Source: a bacterium (GTDB lineage: Bacteria > Electryoneota > RPQS01). Taken from it: a DNA stretch of 64,000 nucleotides. Position numbers and translations under genes: made by a program. The notes beneath the pieces are model-generated. The model worked only from the letters and a program-made list of their open reading frames with translations. It did not search any database and was not told where the DNA came from. Every line of letters begins with the position of its first letter. Position 1 is the stretch's first letter. This document shows positions 46,460-56,188 of the stretch, piece by piece. The DNA lies in assembly GCA_016721565.1 (NCBI GenBank), contig JADKHW010000025.1, positions 1,416-65,415 on the forward strand, in the 5' to 3' direction.

Positions 46460-47789
46460 TTATTGTCCCCCTAACAGGGCTTGATATTTCTTCATCTGCT
46501 CCCACTGCCCCTTCGAGCGATAGGAGGTTACCAATATCTCGTATGCTGCCTTGCGCTGCTCCGGCGTTAATGGAAACGTCAGCGCACGTTCAGCTTGCTC
46601 AATCGATTGCGCTAAATCGTTAGCCGCAATCTGAGCAATCGCAACAAATCCGCCGCCCTGCCCTTCCCATTGCACCTTTGTGCTATTCAAAAAATACTCG
46701 AGCGCGCCGCGTCTGTCGTTGTTGGCCACAAGCTCCTGCCCGTAAGCATAAAGCATCTTGCCATAGCTCTCTTTATAATCCTTGGGGCACTCTTCGCCCA
46801 AGCGATTCACAACCTCGCCAAGCCGCTGAATGCCCTCAGTTTTGTTGGCATAGTTATATGTTACCAGCGACAATCTCCACGTTAGAAAGTCACGCGCCTT
46901 CACCGTACGTGCGGATGAAATTCCACCAAGATAGGCCTCACGCGCGCCATTCCAATCTTCATTGGTTTCAGCAGCATAGGCCGCATCACGATACTCCGCC
47001 GCCGCAATGCCACCGTTGTCCCAATTTATCCAATCAATCGTCTTTTGAATCTCGGCGGAATCTTCGGGCGTCGAATACGATTGCGCAAGCGTAAACATCT
47101 TCAGAGCGTTTTGATCCTGATAGGTTTTCAAATACGCTTCACCGAGATACAAGCGGTAGTTATTGGGAATTGAATCAGTCGAACCTGTTACAAGTTCACG
47201 AATGCGCATCGCCTGATCAAATCCCGTCACCGCCTTGTCGTATTGTTTTGCCGAATAAGCGGCGTAGCCATAAGCAAACCAAAGATTGTCTTCGCCCTGA
47301 CGTTCGTTTAATATCTCGCGATAGAGCGGCAGTGACTTATCCCACTCTTCCATTCTATCATATGTTGCCACGAGCCACAATTGCAGCTCTTTCATCTCGG
47401 GTTGCTTGGTATAGGCCTTCTCGAAATTCTTCGCAGCGGATTTGAACGCCGACATCGCGCGCTTGCGCGTATCCTGCTCTTTGGAAGATTTTGTCGTGTC
47501 ACCCATCGCCTGCCCGATCAAGCCAAACACCCCGCCGCGCGATTTCATCGTGGTGTCGGTCCCCGCCACGCGCATTGCATTGGCCTCTTTCAAAAACTCT
47601 TCACCTGCCGCAAAATCCTCTTTGCCGTGTTCAAACAGCGAGGTCGCCTGCTCTTCGGTTTTCTCTTCCCCGAACAGCCAATTTCGCCAACGAATCCGCT
47701 TCCGAATTTTTCGCATCCTTTTGCGCAAACGCCAACGTGCTCATAGTCATAGCTGCGAGCCAAAGGATGGTTATTTGTAGTCTATTCAT
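46460..47789 (-). CDS. Secreted TPR-repeat protein. The signal-peptide-bearing N-terminus (ATG 47789) is out of frame with the body because of one extra/missing C in a C4 run at 47668-47671.
   Basis: Frame A: MNRLQITILWLAAMTMSTLAFAQKDAKNSEADSLAKLAV. Frame B continues EEKTEEQATSLFEHGKEDF ... with multiple TPR-like helices. Stop of this gene abuts the start of the beta-barrel gene. Confidence 0.6.
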
Positions 47790-48132
47790 CATACATCATC
47801 CCAAATTCATCATATTTTCTTAGCCCTAAGTTTCCCCACTCATCCTCGGAACCCTCTTCCTTTTGGCCGAGTTATATCGTCAATACAAACCCGGTAAACC
47901 TTTGATATAACAAGTAATATAGCATCGTTTGAAGGAACTGTCAACACTCTCTGACCCATTTGCGAAAGCTCAATAAAATTCCTCTGCCAACTGGGCATTT
48001 GTTTCCTCCTCGCAACCTCCTGTTCTGTATAGCTAATCTGGGGAAATCAAGTAACTCATCTTGACAATCGCTAACGGAATCCTTAACTTATTAAGTTCAA
48101 AAGACAAAGCACCATTTCACCCACGCAAAACC

Positions 48133-48720
48133 ATGTTCTCCCGCAGACTGATTTCCACCGTAATCCTGTCGTTATTTGCCACCATGTGGCTGGTCGGCTG
48201 TCAAGGCCCCGATGCACAGGCTCAAAAACTCTTTGCCGATCACAAGTACCAAGAGGTAATCGACAAGTTCCCGGATTCGCAGATGGCCCGCCGCGCCCGC
48301 TCGATGATTGCCGAAGAGCTGCTTGGCGCCGGCAAGTATCAGGAGGTCATCGAAAAGTACCCGGACACACGGGCGGCGATGATGGCGAAGGATGAGAAGG
48401 CAAGAGCGCTTTTCAATGAGAAAAAGTACGACGATCTGATTGCCCAATTCCCGAACTCGCCATTGGCCAACGACGCCAAGAATATGCAGGCAGAGGAATT
48501 GTACAACAAGGGCGCATTTGACGAGCTGATCGCCAAATTCCCCAAAACTCCGAAGGGCAAGGAAGTCCTTGAAGCTCGCGCGACCGCCGAGTTTGACGCC
48601 GCGAAGAAGATGAAGGGTGACAAGCAGATTGCAGCCCTCGAGAGCATAATGCGCGCCTATACCGAGACGGCGGCCTACAAAGACGCCGCGAACCTGCTAC
48701 GTGAGGTCCGCAAGAAATAG
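48133..48720 (+). CDS. Lipoprotein composed of about 5 tandem roughly 33-aa helical repeats (KYxEVIxKYPDTxxAxxAK).
   Basis: Lipobox LFATMWLVGCQG. Repeats KYQEVIDKFPDSQMARRAR / KYQEVIEKYPDTRAAMMAK / KYDDLIAQFPNSPLANDAK / AFDELIAKFPKTPKGKE. Confidence 0.6.
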   Translation: MFSRRLISTVILSLFATMWLVGCQGPDAQAQKLFADHKYQEVIDKFPDSQMARRARSMIAEELLGAGKYQEVIEKYPDTRAAMMAKDEKARALFNEKKYDDLIAQFPNSPLANDAKNMQAEELYNKGAFDELIAKFPKTPKGKEVLEARATAEFDAAKKMKGDKQIAALESIMRAYTETAAYKDAANLLREVRKK

Positions 48721-48764
48721 CTCAAATTAATAGCTTCCTATTTCCAATTTCCTATTTTCCGCCC

Positions 48765-49370
48765 ATGAGACCTCGCCTTACGCACATCATTACTCTTCTA
48801 TCCCTGCTCTTACTGCTGGGCTGTGCGACTCCAGCCGAGCGCGCCGAAAATCTGTATAAAGAGGGGAAATTTGAAGAGGTCATGTCGCGCTACCCGCAAG
48901 CACCGGCGGCACAAAAGGCCAAAGAAGCCCTGGCTACCAAGCTTTTGAAGGACGGCGCGTACGAGCGTGTCATGACCGAATTCAAGGATACGCCGATGGC
49001 CTTCGAGGCCCGCGTGCGCTATGCCGAGAAGATTTTGGCTGAAGGGAAGTTTGAAGAGGTTATGCAGAAGTACGATGACACTCCGGCTGCCATCAAGGCT
49101 CGTGAACTGGCTGCACAGGCGCTCTACGATGCCGGACGTATCACTGAAGCGGCTCGGGAATATCCCCAGACTCCGGCGGGATCACGCGCGCGTGATGAGC
49201 TGGCTCGGGCCGAATTCGAGCGCATTATGACCTACAAGAGCCCGGAAGAGCGCCGCAAAGCATTGGAAGATTTTGTCACAAGTTCTGTTTATGCAGGCAC
49301 AGGCCCATCCGCCCAAGCCCAAATTGAACTCGCCAAGCTGGACGGCCTAAAACTCCCGGGCAATTACTAA
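48765..49370 (+). CDS. Paralogous repeat lipoprotein (same roughly 33-aa repeat family).
   Basis: Lipobox LLSLLLLLGCATP. Repeats KFEEVMSRYPQAPAAQKAK / AYERVMTEFKDTPMAFEAR / KFEEVMQKYDDTPAAIKAR / ITEAAREYPQTPAGSRAR. Confidence 0.6.
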   Translation: MRPRLTHIITLLSLLLLLGCATPAERAENLYKEGKFEEVMSRYPQAPAAQKAKEALATKLLKDGAYERVMTEFKDTPMAFEARVRYAEKILAEGKFEEVMQKYDDTPAAIKARELAAQALYDAGRITEAAREYPQTPAGSRARDELARAEFERIMTYKSPEERRKALEDFVTSSVYAGTGPSAQAQIELAKLDGLKLPGNY

Positions 49371-49386
49371 GCAATAGATAGAATTT

Positions 49387-49415
49387 AAAAGGCGGCCCAC
49401 TGGCCGCCTTTTTTC
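49387..49415 (+). terminator. Intrinsic terminator.
   Basis: GGCGGCC-cact-GGCCGCC + TTTTTT. Confidence 0.7.
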
Positions 49416-49424
49416 TAACCACCC

Positions 49425-50540
49425 ATGCCCTCCGCTCAAATCAACCTCACCGCTCTCAAGCACAACTTCGAAGCCCTCGCCCAACGCGTTGCTCCCAAGG
49501 GCGTGCTCGCAGTTGTTAAGTGGGATGCCTACGGTCACGGCTTGGAGCAGTGCGCCCGCGTGCTGAACGACGCAAGCGCGTGGGGATTTGGGGTGAGTCT
49601 TCCCGCCGACGGCGTGAAATTGCGGCAGATAGGAATCACCAAGCCGATTCTCGTGATGACCGATTGGGTCGGCAAAGCCGTAAAGCAATTCACCAAGTAC
49701 GACTTGTCTTTTGCCGCAACCTCATGGTACAAAGTCGAGTATCTTGATTCGCTCTCAAAGAAAACCGGCAAAGCTATCTCAACTCATCTAAAGTTCGACA
49801 CCGGCTTAGGCCGCGTGGGGATTCACCATTCGCTTTATCGTAAGACACTCGGCGCGCTAAAAAGCTTGCATCACTTGAAGCTTGATGCAATTTACTCGCA
49901 TCTTGCCTATGGTGGCCCAAAAGATCGAGAGCGCGGCTTAGAGCAAATCAAAGTCTTCAACGAGATTCTTAAACATGCAAAAACCGTTGGCATCACACCA
50001 ACGGTTACACATTTGGCAAACTCTGCCGCAGCTCTTGCCCTACCTGAAGTCCCGGGAGATCTGGTCAGAACAGGGATTGCATTGTACGGTCAACCACCCT
50101 CACCCACCGTGGCCGACATGCTCCCCCTTGAACCCGTGATGACTCTGAGTGGAAATATCTTGAACGTCCGCAAGGTCAAACGCGGTCACGGTTTCCCCAG
50201 CTCGCATTTTTGGAAAGCTCCCTATGACGGCTGGGGCGTTGAAATCGATTTAGGCTACTCAACAGGCTACCCGCGCACAATGGTCAACGAAGCTAGCATT
50301 CTCTATCACGGAAAACGCTATCCGTTAGTCGGAATGATGAGCGAAGACAAATCATACACCTTCATCACCGGAGAAAAACCCGCAGCAGGAGAAGAAATCG
50401 TCTTCTGGGGCCAACAAGAGAACGAACGCATCTATTTGTACGAACTCTCTCCGCTCATTGACGCTCTCCCCTACGAACTAACGACATGGCTAAGCAATAA
50501 TGTCGAGCGTTCTTATTCTGATTCCAACCCAATCCTCTGA
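49425..50540 (+). CDS. alr: Alanine racemase.
   Basis: PLP-lysine motif AVVKWDAYGHG. Fold-type III layout. 371 aa. Confidence 0.8.
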   Translation: MPSAQINLTALKHNFEALAQRVAPKGVLAVVKWDAYGHGLEQCARVLNDASAWGFGVSLPADGVKLRQIGITKPILVMTDWVGKAVKQFTKYDLSFAATSWYKVEYLDSLSKKTGKAISTHLKFDTGLGRVGIHHSLYRKTLGALKSLHHLKLDAIYSHLAYGGPKDRERGLEQIKVFNEILKHAKTVGITPTVTHLANSAAALALPEVPGDLVRTGIALYGQPPSPTVADMLPLEPVMTLSGNILNVRKVKRGHGFPSSHFWKAPYDGWGVEIDLGYSTGYPRTMVNEASILYHGKRYPLVGMMSEDKSYTFITGEKPAAGEEIVFWGQQENERIYLYELSPLIDALPYELTTWLSNNVERSYSDSNPIL

Positions 50541-50618
50541 GGGGGCAAGGGGGTAAACTCCCAGACTACACGGCACTCTCAAGCGCACGCGTCAGCGCAA
50601 AACCCGCTTAACAAGCGG

Positions 50619-51593
50619 CTATAGTTCCCCATCACTTCCAAGCTCCACCGCCAGCGCAGCCTCTTCTGTATCGTCAATTCGATCGACGTTAACCATCACC
50701 GTGCCGCTTTCATCAACATGAAAAATCGAAACAAACCTGCGCCCGAATTCAATTTCGTCAAACCGGTAAGAATTGCGGACGTGCACGGATTGCGAGAATG
50801 TATCGTCAAACCCGCGCACGATTATCATCACTTCCGCCTGCCGCCGTTTCAGTTCATCCAGATCAAGCCCCCACAAGGGGCTTGCGTCGTCTATGGGATG
50901 CACAATCGTCCACGGCAACGGGAAGAAGAAAATGGACGGGCGTTCTAATGTGAGCGGAGCATAGCGGCGAGTCTTGCGGCCATTCACGTCATCCACCCAC
51001 GAGAAGATTGCGCTGGCCGAGAGATCAATCATCACATTCCCACGCTGGTTCACGATGCGGAACATCAGCGCGGTTTTGTCTTGGTATGGAGCGACAATGG
51101 CGCTCTTGGAAAATAAAATTCTCGCGGTGGGACGCGAGAATCTGGAGAAAAGCAATCCGGTTGCTAGCGCAAACGCCAGCAATCCCGTCAATGCCTCAAC
51201 CGAAGATACGATTCCTCCTGCAATATCTCGTGGAGCAATTGCGCCGTAACCCACGGAGCTAAAAGTCTGCACGCTGAAAAAGAAATCGTACATGAATTCT
51301 TCGGCCCGCCCGCACTCCGGCAAACCTTGCAGATGCGCACGTCCGATAACCCAATAGACAACTGCGAACAATAAATTGATGCCGAGCAAGAAGCCCCCCA
51401 ACAAAGTCAGGAATCGTTCCCACGAGCAGGTAATCAGATACTGATACGCATGCAGCCCTTCATAACGCCTGCCAAATCGCCGCACATTGAAACTGCCGTC
51501 GTGCTCAATCGCGCGACGTAAATCTCCATCGAGCTTTTGCGACAGCCCCGGATCAAATCCCGGCGAGTGAAATTTACTTTTGTGATTGGCCAT
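50619..51593 (-). CDS. KirBac-type inward-rectifier potassium channel.
   Basis: Two TM helices flanking the pore helix and selectivity filter FFFSVQTFSSVGYG (cf. KirBac FFFSVETLATVGYG). Cytoplasmic Ig-like C-domain. Confidence 0.75.
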   Translation of the reverse strand: MANHKSKFHSPGFDPGLSQKLDGDLRRAIEHDGSFNVRRFGRRYEGLHAYQYLITCSWERFLTLLGGFLLGINLLFAVVYWVIGRAHLQGLPECGRAEEFMYDFFFSVQTFSSVGYGAIAPRDIAGGIVSSVEALTGLLAFALATGLLFSRFSRPTARILFSKSAIVAPYQDKTALMFRIVNQRGNVMIDLSASAIFSWVDDVNGRKTRRYAPLTLERPSIFFFPLPWTIVHPIDDASPLWGLDLDELKRRQAEVMIIVRGFDDTFSQSVHVRNSYRFDEIEFGRRFVSIFHVDESGTVMVNVDRIDDTEEAALAVELGSDGEL

Positions 51594-51605
51594 GCGGTTC
51601 GTGGG

Positions 51606-52946
51606 CTACGCTTTCACCTTATAGCCCGCACCCTCAACTGCCGCAGCAAGCACTTCCCGATCTACATTCTCGCCCAGTACCACGGCAGTTCCCTTGTCCA
51701 GAGAAACTTCACAGCTCGTGACACCCGCGACTTTTTCCAGCGAATCTTTCACATTCTTTACACAATGCGAGCAATTCAGGCCTTCGATATTCAGTTGCAA
51801 TTCGTTATTCATAGCCTTCGGTGCGGCACCATACCGCCGTTTAAGTTTATAGAAAAAGTGCCGTAGCAAAAAGAAACTAAGCGCAGCCATCGTGGCATAG
51901 TGCCACCATGCCGCACCATGATCGTGCATGTGCTCAGGCATAGTGATGGTTAACGAAGTGTTCGCCAACAGATAGTCCAGCCCAAGACCAAACACCAGCG
52001 CAAAGACCGCTATCGAAGCAAGATAAACTGCCAGCACTTTCGACCCCAAAGCCCGCGCAATCACGACCATCGTAGCGGCATTCGTTGCGGGGCCTGTCAT
52101 CAAAAACACAAACGCCGCACCCGCTGAAATTCCTTTGGTCATCAGCACGGCGGCGATCGGTACACTCGCAGTCGAACAGACATATAGGGGCAATCCGATG
52201 GCCATCATCACCAGCATCGCCCCGATGCCGTTGCCCATGTTCCCTGCAAAAAAATCATCCGGAATCACCGCTGAGATAACTCCGGCAATCAAGATGCCGA
52301 TCACAAGCCAAAACGCAATATCGCCAAGCAATTCTCTGAAGGCGAAGTGATAGGCGTCGGCGAATTTCTGTCCAATAGATTTCTTCGCATCTGCTTCGGC
52401 CAGAGCGTCTTCCGAGTGCATATGGTGTTTCATCCACTCGTCTTCGCGGGCACCCGGTTTCACAAGAATCACGGCCAGACCGCCCAGCACACCGCTGATG
52501 AAGGCTGCGAGTGGCCGGAAGATCGCCATCGCCCAGCCAAAGAACCCGTACGTCACCAATATTGAATCCACTCCCGTTTGTGGAGTTGAAATCAGGAACG
52601 ACACAGTCGCCGCACGGGACGCCCCACGCTTTCGCAGACCCACACCCGTTGGAATGACACCACATGAGCACAGCGGCATCGGCACGCCCAAAACCGCCGC
52701 CTTGAACGATGAGATTAAGTTCTCACCTCCCAAATGTCGGCCCACGGCCTTGCGCGGCACAAAGGCATGAAGCACTCCAGCCAAAGTGAACCCAAGCATT
52801 AGATACGGCGCCATCTCCAAGTACAGCGCCCAAGTTTCTTTGAAATAGTCAGCTATCAATCCAAATGTCCTTTCCCTCGTAAATCCCCCGAATGCAAGCT
52901 CGCTTCCAAGATAAGCTCTCGTTATCGTAAATACAACTCCTGCCAA
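51606..52946 (-). CDS. Predicted permease (COG0701/YraQ-like, SO_0444-type) fused to a C-terminal heavy-metal-associated (HMA) domain. Putative Cu/Zn efflux.
   Basis: Conserved PLCSCGVIP permease motif. C-terminal NIEGLNCSHCVKNVKDSLEKVAGV ... AGYKVKA ferredoxin-like HMA fold with CxxC. Confidence 0.65.
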   Translation of the reverse strand: MAGVVFTITRAYLGSELAFGGFTRERTFGLIADYFKETWALYLEMAPYLMLGFTLAGVLHAFVPRKAVGRHLGGENLISSFKAAVLGVPMPLCSCGVIPTGVGLRKRGASRAATVSFLISTPQTGVDSILVTYGFFGWAMAIFRPLAAFISGVLGGLAVILVKPGAREDEWMKHHMHSEDALAEADAKKSIGQKFADAYHFAFRELLGDIAFWLVIGILIAGVISAVIPDDFFAGNMGNGIGAMLVMMAIGLPLYVCSTASVPIAAVLMTKGISAGAAFVFLMTGPATNAATMVVIARALGSKVLAVYLASIAVFALVFGLGLDYLLANTSLTITMPEHMHDHGAAWWHYATMAALSFFLLRHFFYKLKRRYGAAPKAMNNELQLNIEGLNCSHCVKNVKDSLEKVAGVTSCEVSLDKGTAVVLGENVDREVLAAAVEGAGYKVKA

Positions 52947-53028
52947 CAGTTTGGCTCAGCTCCCGTTGCACCTCAGTCCGAAATTTGTTATATTTCACAG
53001 TTAATCTATTAATTCCAGAAGTCTGCCC

Positions 53029-53838
53029 GTGTCCGCTTTCCTCTCCCGCCTTAAAGCCTCGATTGACCGATCCGGTTCCCCGCTGTGCGTGGGACTCGAT
53101 CCCGACCCGGCAAAAATCCCGGCCAAGTTCGGTCGCGGAGCCGAGGGCGCAACCAAGTTTCTGGAAGAGATCATCATTGCTTTGTGGCCGAAGGTAGCGG
53201 CCTTCAAGCCCAACACCGCCTTCTTTGAAGCCTACGGCTCAGGCGGGTGGCTCGCACTCGAACGCCTCCGTATTACCTGTCCAAGCGATGTAATCTGGCT
53301 GATTGATGCCAAGCGCGGGGACATTGAGCACACCAATGATGCTTACGCCCGCGCCATCTTCGAAAGCCTCGGCGCTGACGCCGTCACTGTTCAACCTTAT
53401 CTTGGAATGGCAGCCTTGGAACCCTTTTGGCGCCACGCCGACAAAGGCGTATTTGTCCTTTGTGCAACATCCAATGCCAGTGCCTCACTCATACAAGAGC
53501 TACCGGTCGGCGAACGCAAGCTCTACCAAGAGATCGCTCACCAAGTCAAAGCCGCCAATCTAAACGGCAACATGGGCTTGGTCGTCGGTACAACTAAGCC
53601 CGAGGCTCTTGACCACATTCTTGGATTCGCACCTGAGCTTCCCTTGCTCTTGCCCGGCAGCGGAGCACAAGGCGGCAGCACCGACGTCATGCAAAAAGTT
53701 AAAGTATCCGGCGGCATAGCCTTGCTAAATGTCTCGCGCAGTGTTCTCTACGCTTCGAGCGGCGACGATTGCATCAAAGCGGCAGTGAAGGAAGTTGAGA
53801 AATTAAAGGCCGCGCTTGACAAGACGGACTCGGTTTAG
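53029..53838 (+). CDS. pyrF: Orotidine-5'-phosphate decarboxylase (type 2).
   Basis: LCVGLDPD and catalytic DAKRGDIEHTN blocks. Confidence 0.8.
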   Translation: MSAFLSRLKASIDRSGSPLCVGLDPDPAKIPAKFGRGAEGATKFLEEIIIALWPKVAAFKPNTAFFEAYGSGGWLALERLRITCPSDVIWLIDAKRGDIEHTNDAYARAIFESLGADAVTVQPYLGMAALEPFWRHADKGVFVLCATSNASASLIQELPVGERKLYQEIAHQVKAANLNGNMGLVVGTTKPEALDHILGFAPELPLLLPGSGAQGGSTDVMQKVKVSGGIALLNVSRSVLYASSGDDCIKAAVKEVEKLKAALDKTDSV

Positions 53839-53852
53839 AGCAGCAGGAACTT

Positions 53853-54608
53853 TTGACAACAACTCACCTCAACAAAGTCGCTTCTGTCACACTTCTCTTC
53901 TGGATCATGAAGATATGTGCGACGACGCTCGGCGAAACTGCTGGCGACTTGCTCTCTATGACGATGGATGTCGGGTATGCATATAGCTCGCTGATTCTGA
54001 TTGGGTTCTTTCTCGTCACTCTGTTCTTTCAGTTGGAAACGGACAGATACCGGCCATTCTTGTATTGGTCTGTGATAGTTTCGACGAGCACGGCGGGTAC
54101 AACCATGTCAGATTACATGGACAGGACACTCGGCTTAGGTTACATGCTCGGCTCCGCAATTCTTGTTATTTGTTTAATCATAATTCTGGCCGTTTGGTAT
54201 CGCGTGGAAGGCCACCTGAAAGTCGACCACATCAGCTCACGGCGGCCCGAGACCTTCTATTGGATTGCCATATTGTTCTCAAATACGCTGGGAACGGCTG
54301 TCGGTGATTTTCTCGCTGATGATTCGGGGCTTGGCTTCATGGGCGGCGCCGTTCTGATCGGGAGTCTTATCGCGTTAATCGCGCTCGCCTACTACTTCAC
54401 AAAGATAAACCGTGTTGTCTTGTTCTGGATTGCGTTCGTATTAACGCGACCCTTTGGTGCAGACTTTGGCGACCTGTTAACCAAAACACCTGCAAAAGGC
54501 GGATTGGATTTCGGAACCGTCGGTTCATCGGCGGTGCTTGCTTCGATTTTGATCGCCCTTGTGATCTACACCTCGTTACGGCCTGAACCAAGTAGACTCC
54601 CGGCCTAA
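53853..54608 (+). CDS. Hypothetical polytopic membrane protein (internal two-fold repeat, COG4705-like).
   Basis: Six TM helices. Repeated GxxxGDxL motifs (TLGETAGDLLS / TLGTAVGDFLA / FGADFGDLLT). Confidence 0.4.
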   Translation: MTTTHLNKVASVTLLFWIMKICATTLGETAGDLLSMTMDVGYAYSSLILIGFFLVTLFFQLETDRYRPFLYWSVIVSTSTAGTTMSDYMDRTLGLGYMLGSAILVICLIIILAVWYRVEGHLKVDHISSRRPETFYWIAILFSNTLGTAVGDFLADDSGLGFMGGAVLIGSLIALIALAYYFTKINRVVLFWIAFVLTRPFGADFGDLLTKTPAKGGLDFGTVGSSAVLASILIALVIYTSLRPEPSRLPA

Positions 54609-54626
54609 CTTTTCGGAGAAACTCCC

Positions 54627-55253
54627 ATGTTCTGCACAAAATGCGGCGCACAATTAACGGACGATGCAAAATTCTGCGCGGCTTGCGGTACTCCCGCAGG
54701 TCAAGCCCCTCAGCCGCAATCGCAGATTCTACCGCAACCGTCACTGACTCAGGCCGCCGAAAAGAAATATCGCTATGCCGGGTTTTGGATTCGCTTTCTT
54801 GCGCATCTCATTGATCAGATTGTAATCTCGATCGTCGGATTTGTGTTCTTCATCATCGCACTTGTGTTCACGGCCGGCAGTGTGGTTTCGCTATCTGACT
54901 TGGAAGACATAGACAACCTTGATCCGGCAGTGATTCTCGGTCTCATTGGCGGCTGGGTGATTTTTATCATCGTCACCTCGGTTGCACAATGGCTTTACTA
55001 TGCCTTCATGGAAAGCTCTGCCTCGCGCGGCACGTTGGGCAAGATGGCTCTTGGTCTGCAAGTCATTGGCCGCGATGGTGAGACGATTAACTTTGCCCGC
55101 GCATCGGGCCGTTACTTCGCCAAATTTCTTTCCGCGATGATTTTGATGGTCGGTTACATCATGGCCGGATTCACCGCCAAGAAACAGGGTTTGCACGACA
55201 TTCTCGCCGACACCTACGTCGTCAAGCAGCGTGATTCGCTTGACTATGAATAA
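54627..55253 (+). CDS. N-terminal zinc-ribbon + RDD-family membrane protein.
   Basis: MFCTKCGAQLTDDAKFCAACG zinc ribbon. YAGFWIRFLAHLIDQIV RDD-domain start. Three TM. Confidence 0.65.
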   Translation: MFCTKCGAQLTDDAKFCAACGTPAGQAPQPQSQILPQPSLTQAAEKKYRYAGFWIRFLAHLIDQIVISIVGFVFFIIALVFTAGSVVSLSDLEDIDNLDPAVILGLIGGWVIFIIVTSVAQWLYYAFMESSASRGTLGKMALGLQVIGRDGETINFARASGRYFAKFLSAMILMVGYIMAGFTAKKQGLHDILADTYVVKQRDSLDYE

Positions 55254-55287
55254 CTTGATACCGTCTCCGAATACTAAAAAGATTATG

Positions 55288-55854
55288 AACCAAGAACACG
55301 CACTCGAAATGCTTCGGGAATGCGGCGCTTTTCTCGAAGGTCACTTTCTGCTCTCGAGCGGAAGGCATAGTAATGTTTACATTGAGAAGTTTCGTTTGCT
55401 CGAACGCCCCGAGCTGACGGAACAATTTGGCCATGCCATCGCCGATCACTTCCGCATCTCAAATCCTGACCTCGTCGTAGGTCCCTTGACAGGCGGAGTA
55501 TTGGTCGCCCACGAAGTCGGCAAGAATCTCGGCTGCCCTATCGCCTTCCCTGAACGTATTGATGGGCGCATGGAATGGCGGCGCGGATTTGTCATCGAAC
55601 CTGAACAGCGCGTGCTCATCTGCGAAGATGTCATCACAACAGGTCTCTCAGTTGGTGAAGTCAAAGAAGCCGTCGAACGCGAAGGCGGCGTCATCATCGG
55701 CATCGCCACATTGATCCAGCGCGGTGAAGTGCACCTTTCACCGAGTCCGTATGCGGTCGTCAAATTGAGTCTGGATACATTCACTCCCGAGACCTGTCCG
55801 CAATGTGCTAAAGGCGTTCCGCTTGCCAAGCGCGGTAGCAGAGTAGCCGTTTAG
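55288..55854 (+). CDS. pyrE: Type-I phosphoribosyltransferase, most likely orotate phosphoribosyltransferase.
   Basis: PRPP-binding VLICEDVITTGLS. OPRTase-like N-terminus GAFLEGHFLLSSGRHSNVYIEK. Near pyrF. Confidence 0.65.
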   Translation, partial: NQEHALEMLRECGAFLEGHFLLSSGRHSNVYIEKFRLLERPELTEQFGHAIADHFRISNPDLVVGPLTGGVLVAHEVGKNLGCPIAFPERIDGRMEWRRGFVIEPEQRVLICEDVITTGLSVGEVKEAVEREGGVIIGIATLIQRGEVHLSPSPYAVVKLSLDTFTPETCPQCAKGVPLAKRGSRVAV

Positions 55855-55861
55855 TTCTGTC

Positions 55862-56176
55862 ATGCACTGTACTATTTGCGGCAACACCCTCACCGCGAAT
55901 TCAAATTTCTGCGCAAAATGCGGCTCGAGTATTGGCAGCGACCGACCGGTCGTGGTCGTTCAGCCACCGCCTGAACGCTTGTGGCATCCGGGCATTGCCG
56001 CTGTCTTGAGCTTCTTCTTTCCCGCTGTCGGCCAAATCTATCGCGGCAAAATTTTTCGCGGCCTGCTCTGGATGGCCGCCGTTGCAGTCGGTTATTGGTT
56101 ACTAATTGTCCCCGGATTAATTTTGCATCTTCTCTGCATCATCGCGGCTTATACAGGCAATCCGTACAAAAGATAG
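55862..56176 (+). CDS. N-terminal zinc-ribbon + TM2-like two-helix membrane protein.
   Basis: MHCTICGNTLTANSNFCAKCG, then GIAAVLSFFFPAVGQIYRGK ... LLWMAAVAVGYWLL. Confidence 0.55.
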   Translation: MHCTICGNTLTANSNFCAKCGSSIGSDRPVVVVQPPPERLWHPGIAAVLSFFFPAVGQIYRGKIFRGLLWMAAVAVGYWLLIVPGLILHLLCIIAAYTGNPYKR

Positions 56177-56188
56177 TGGAGTCCGAAC

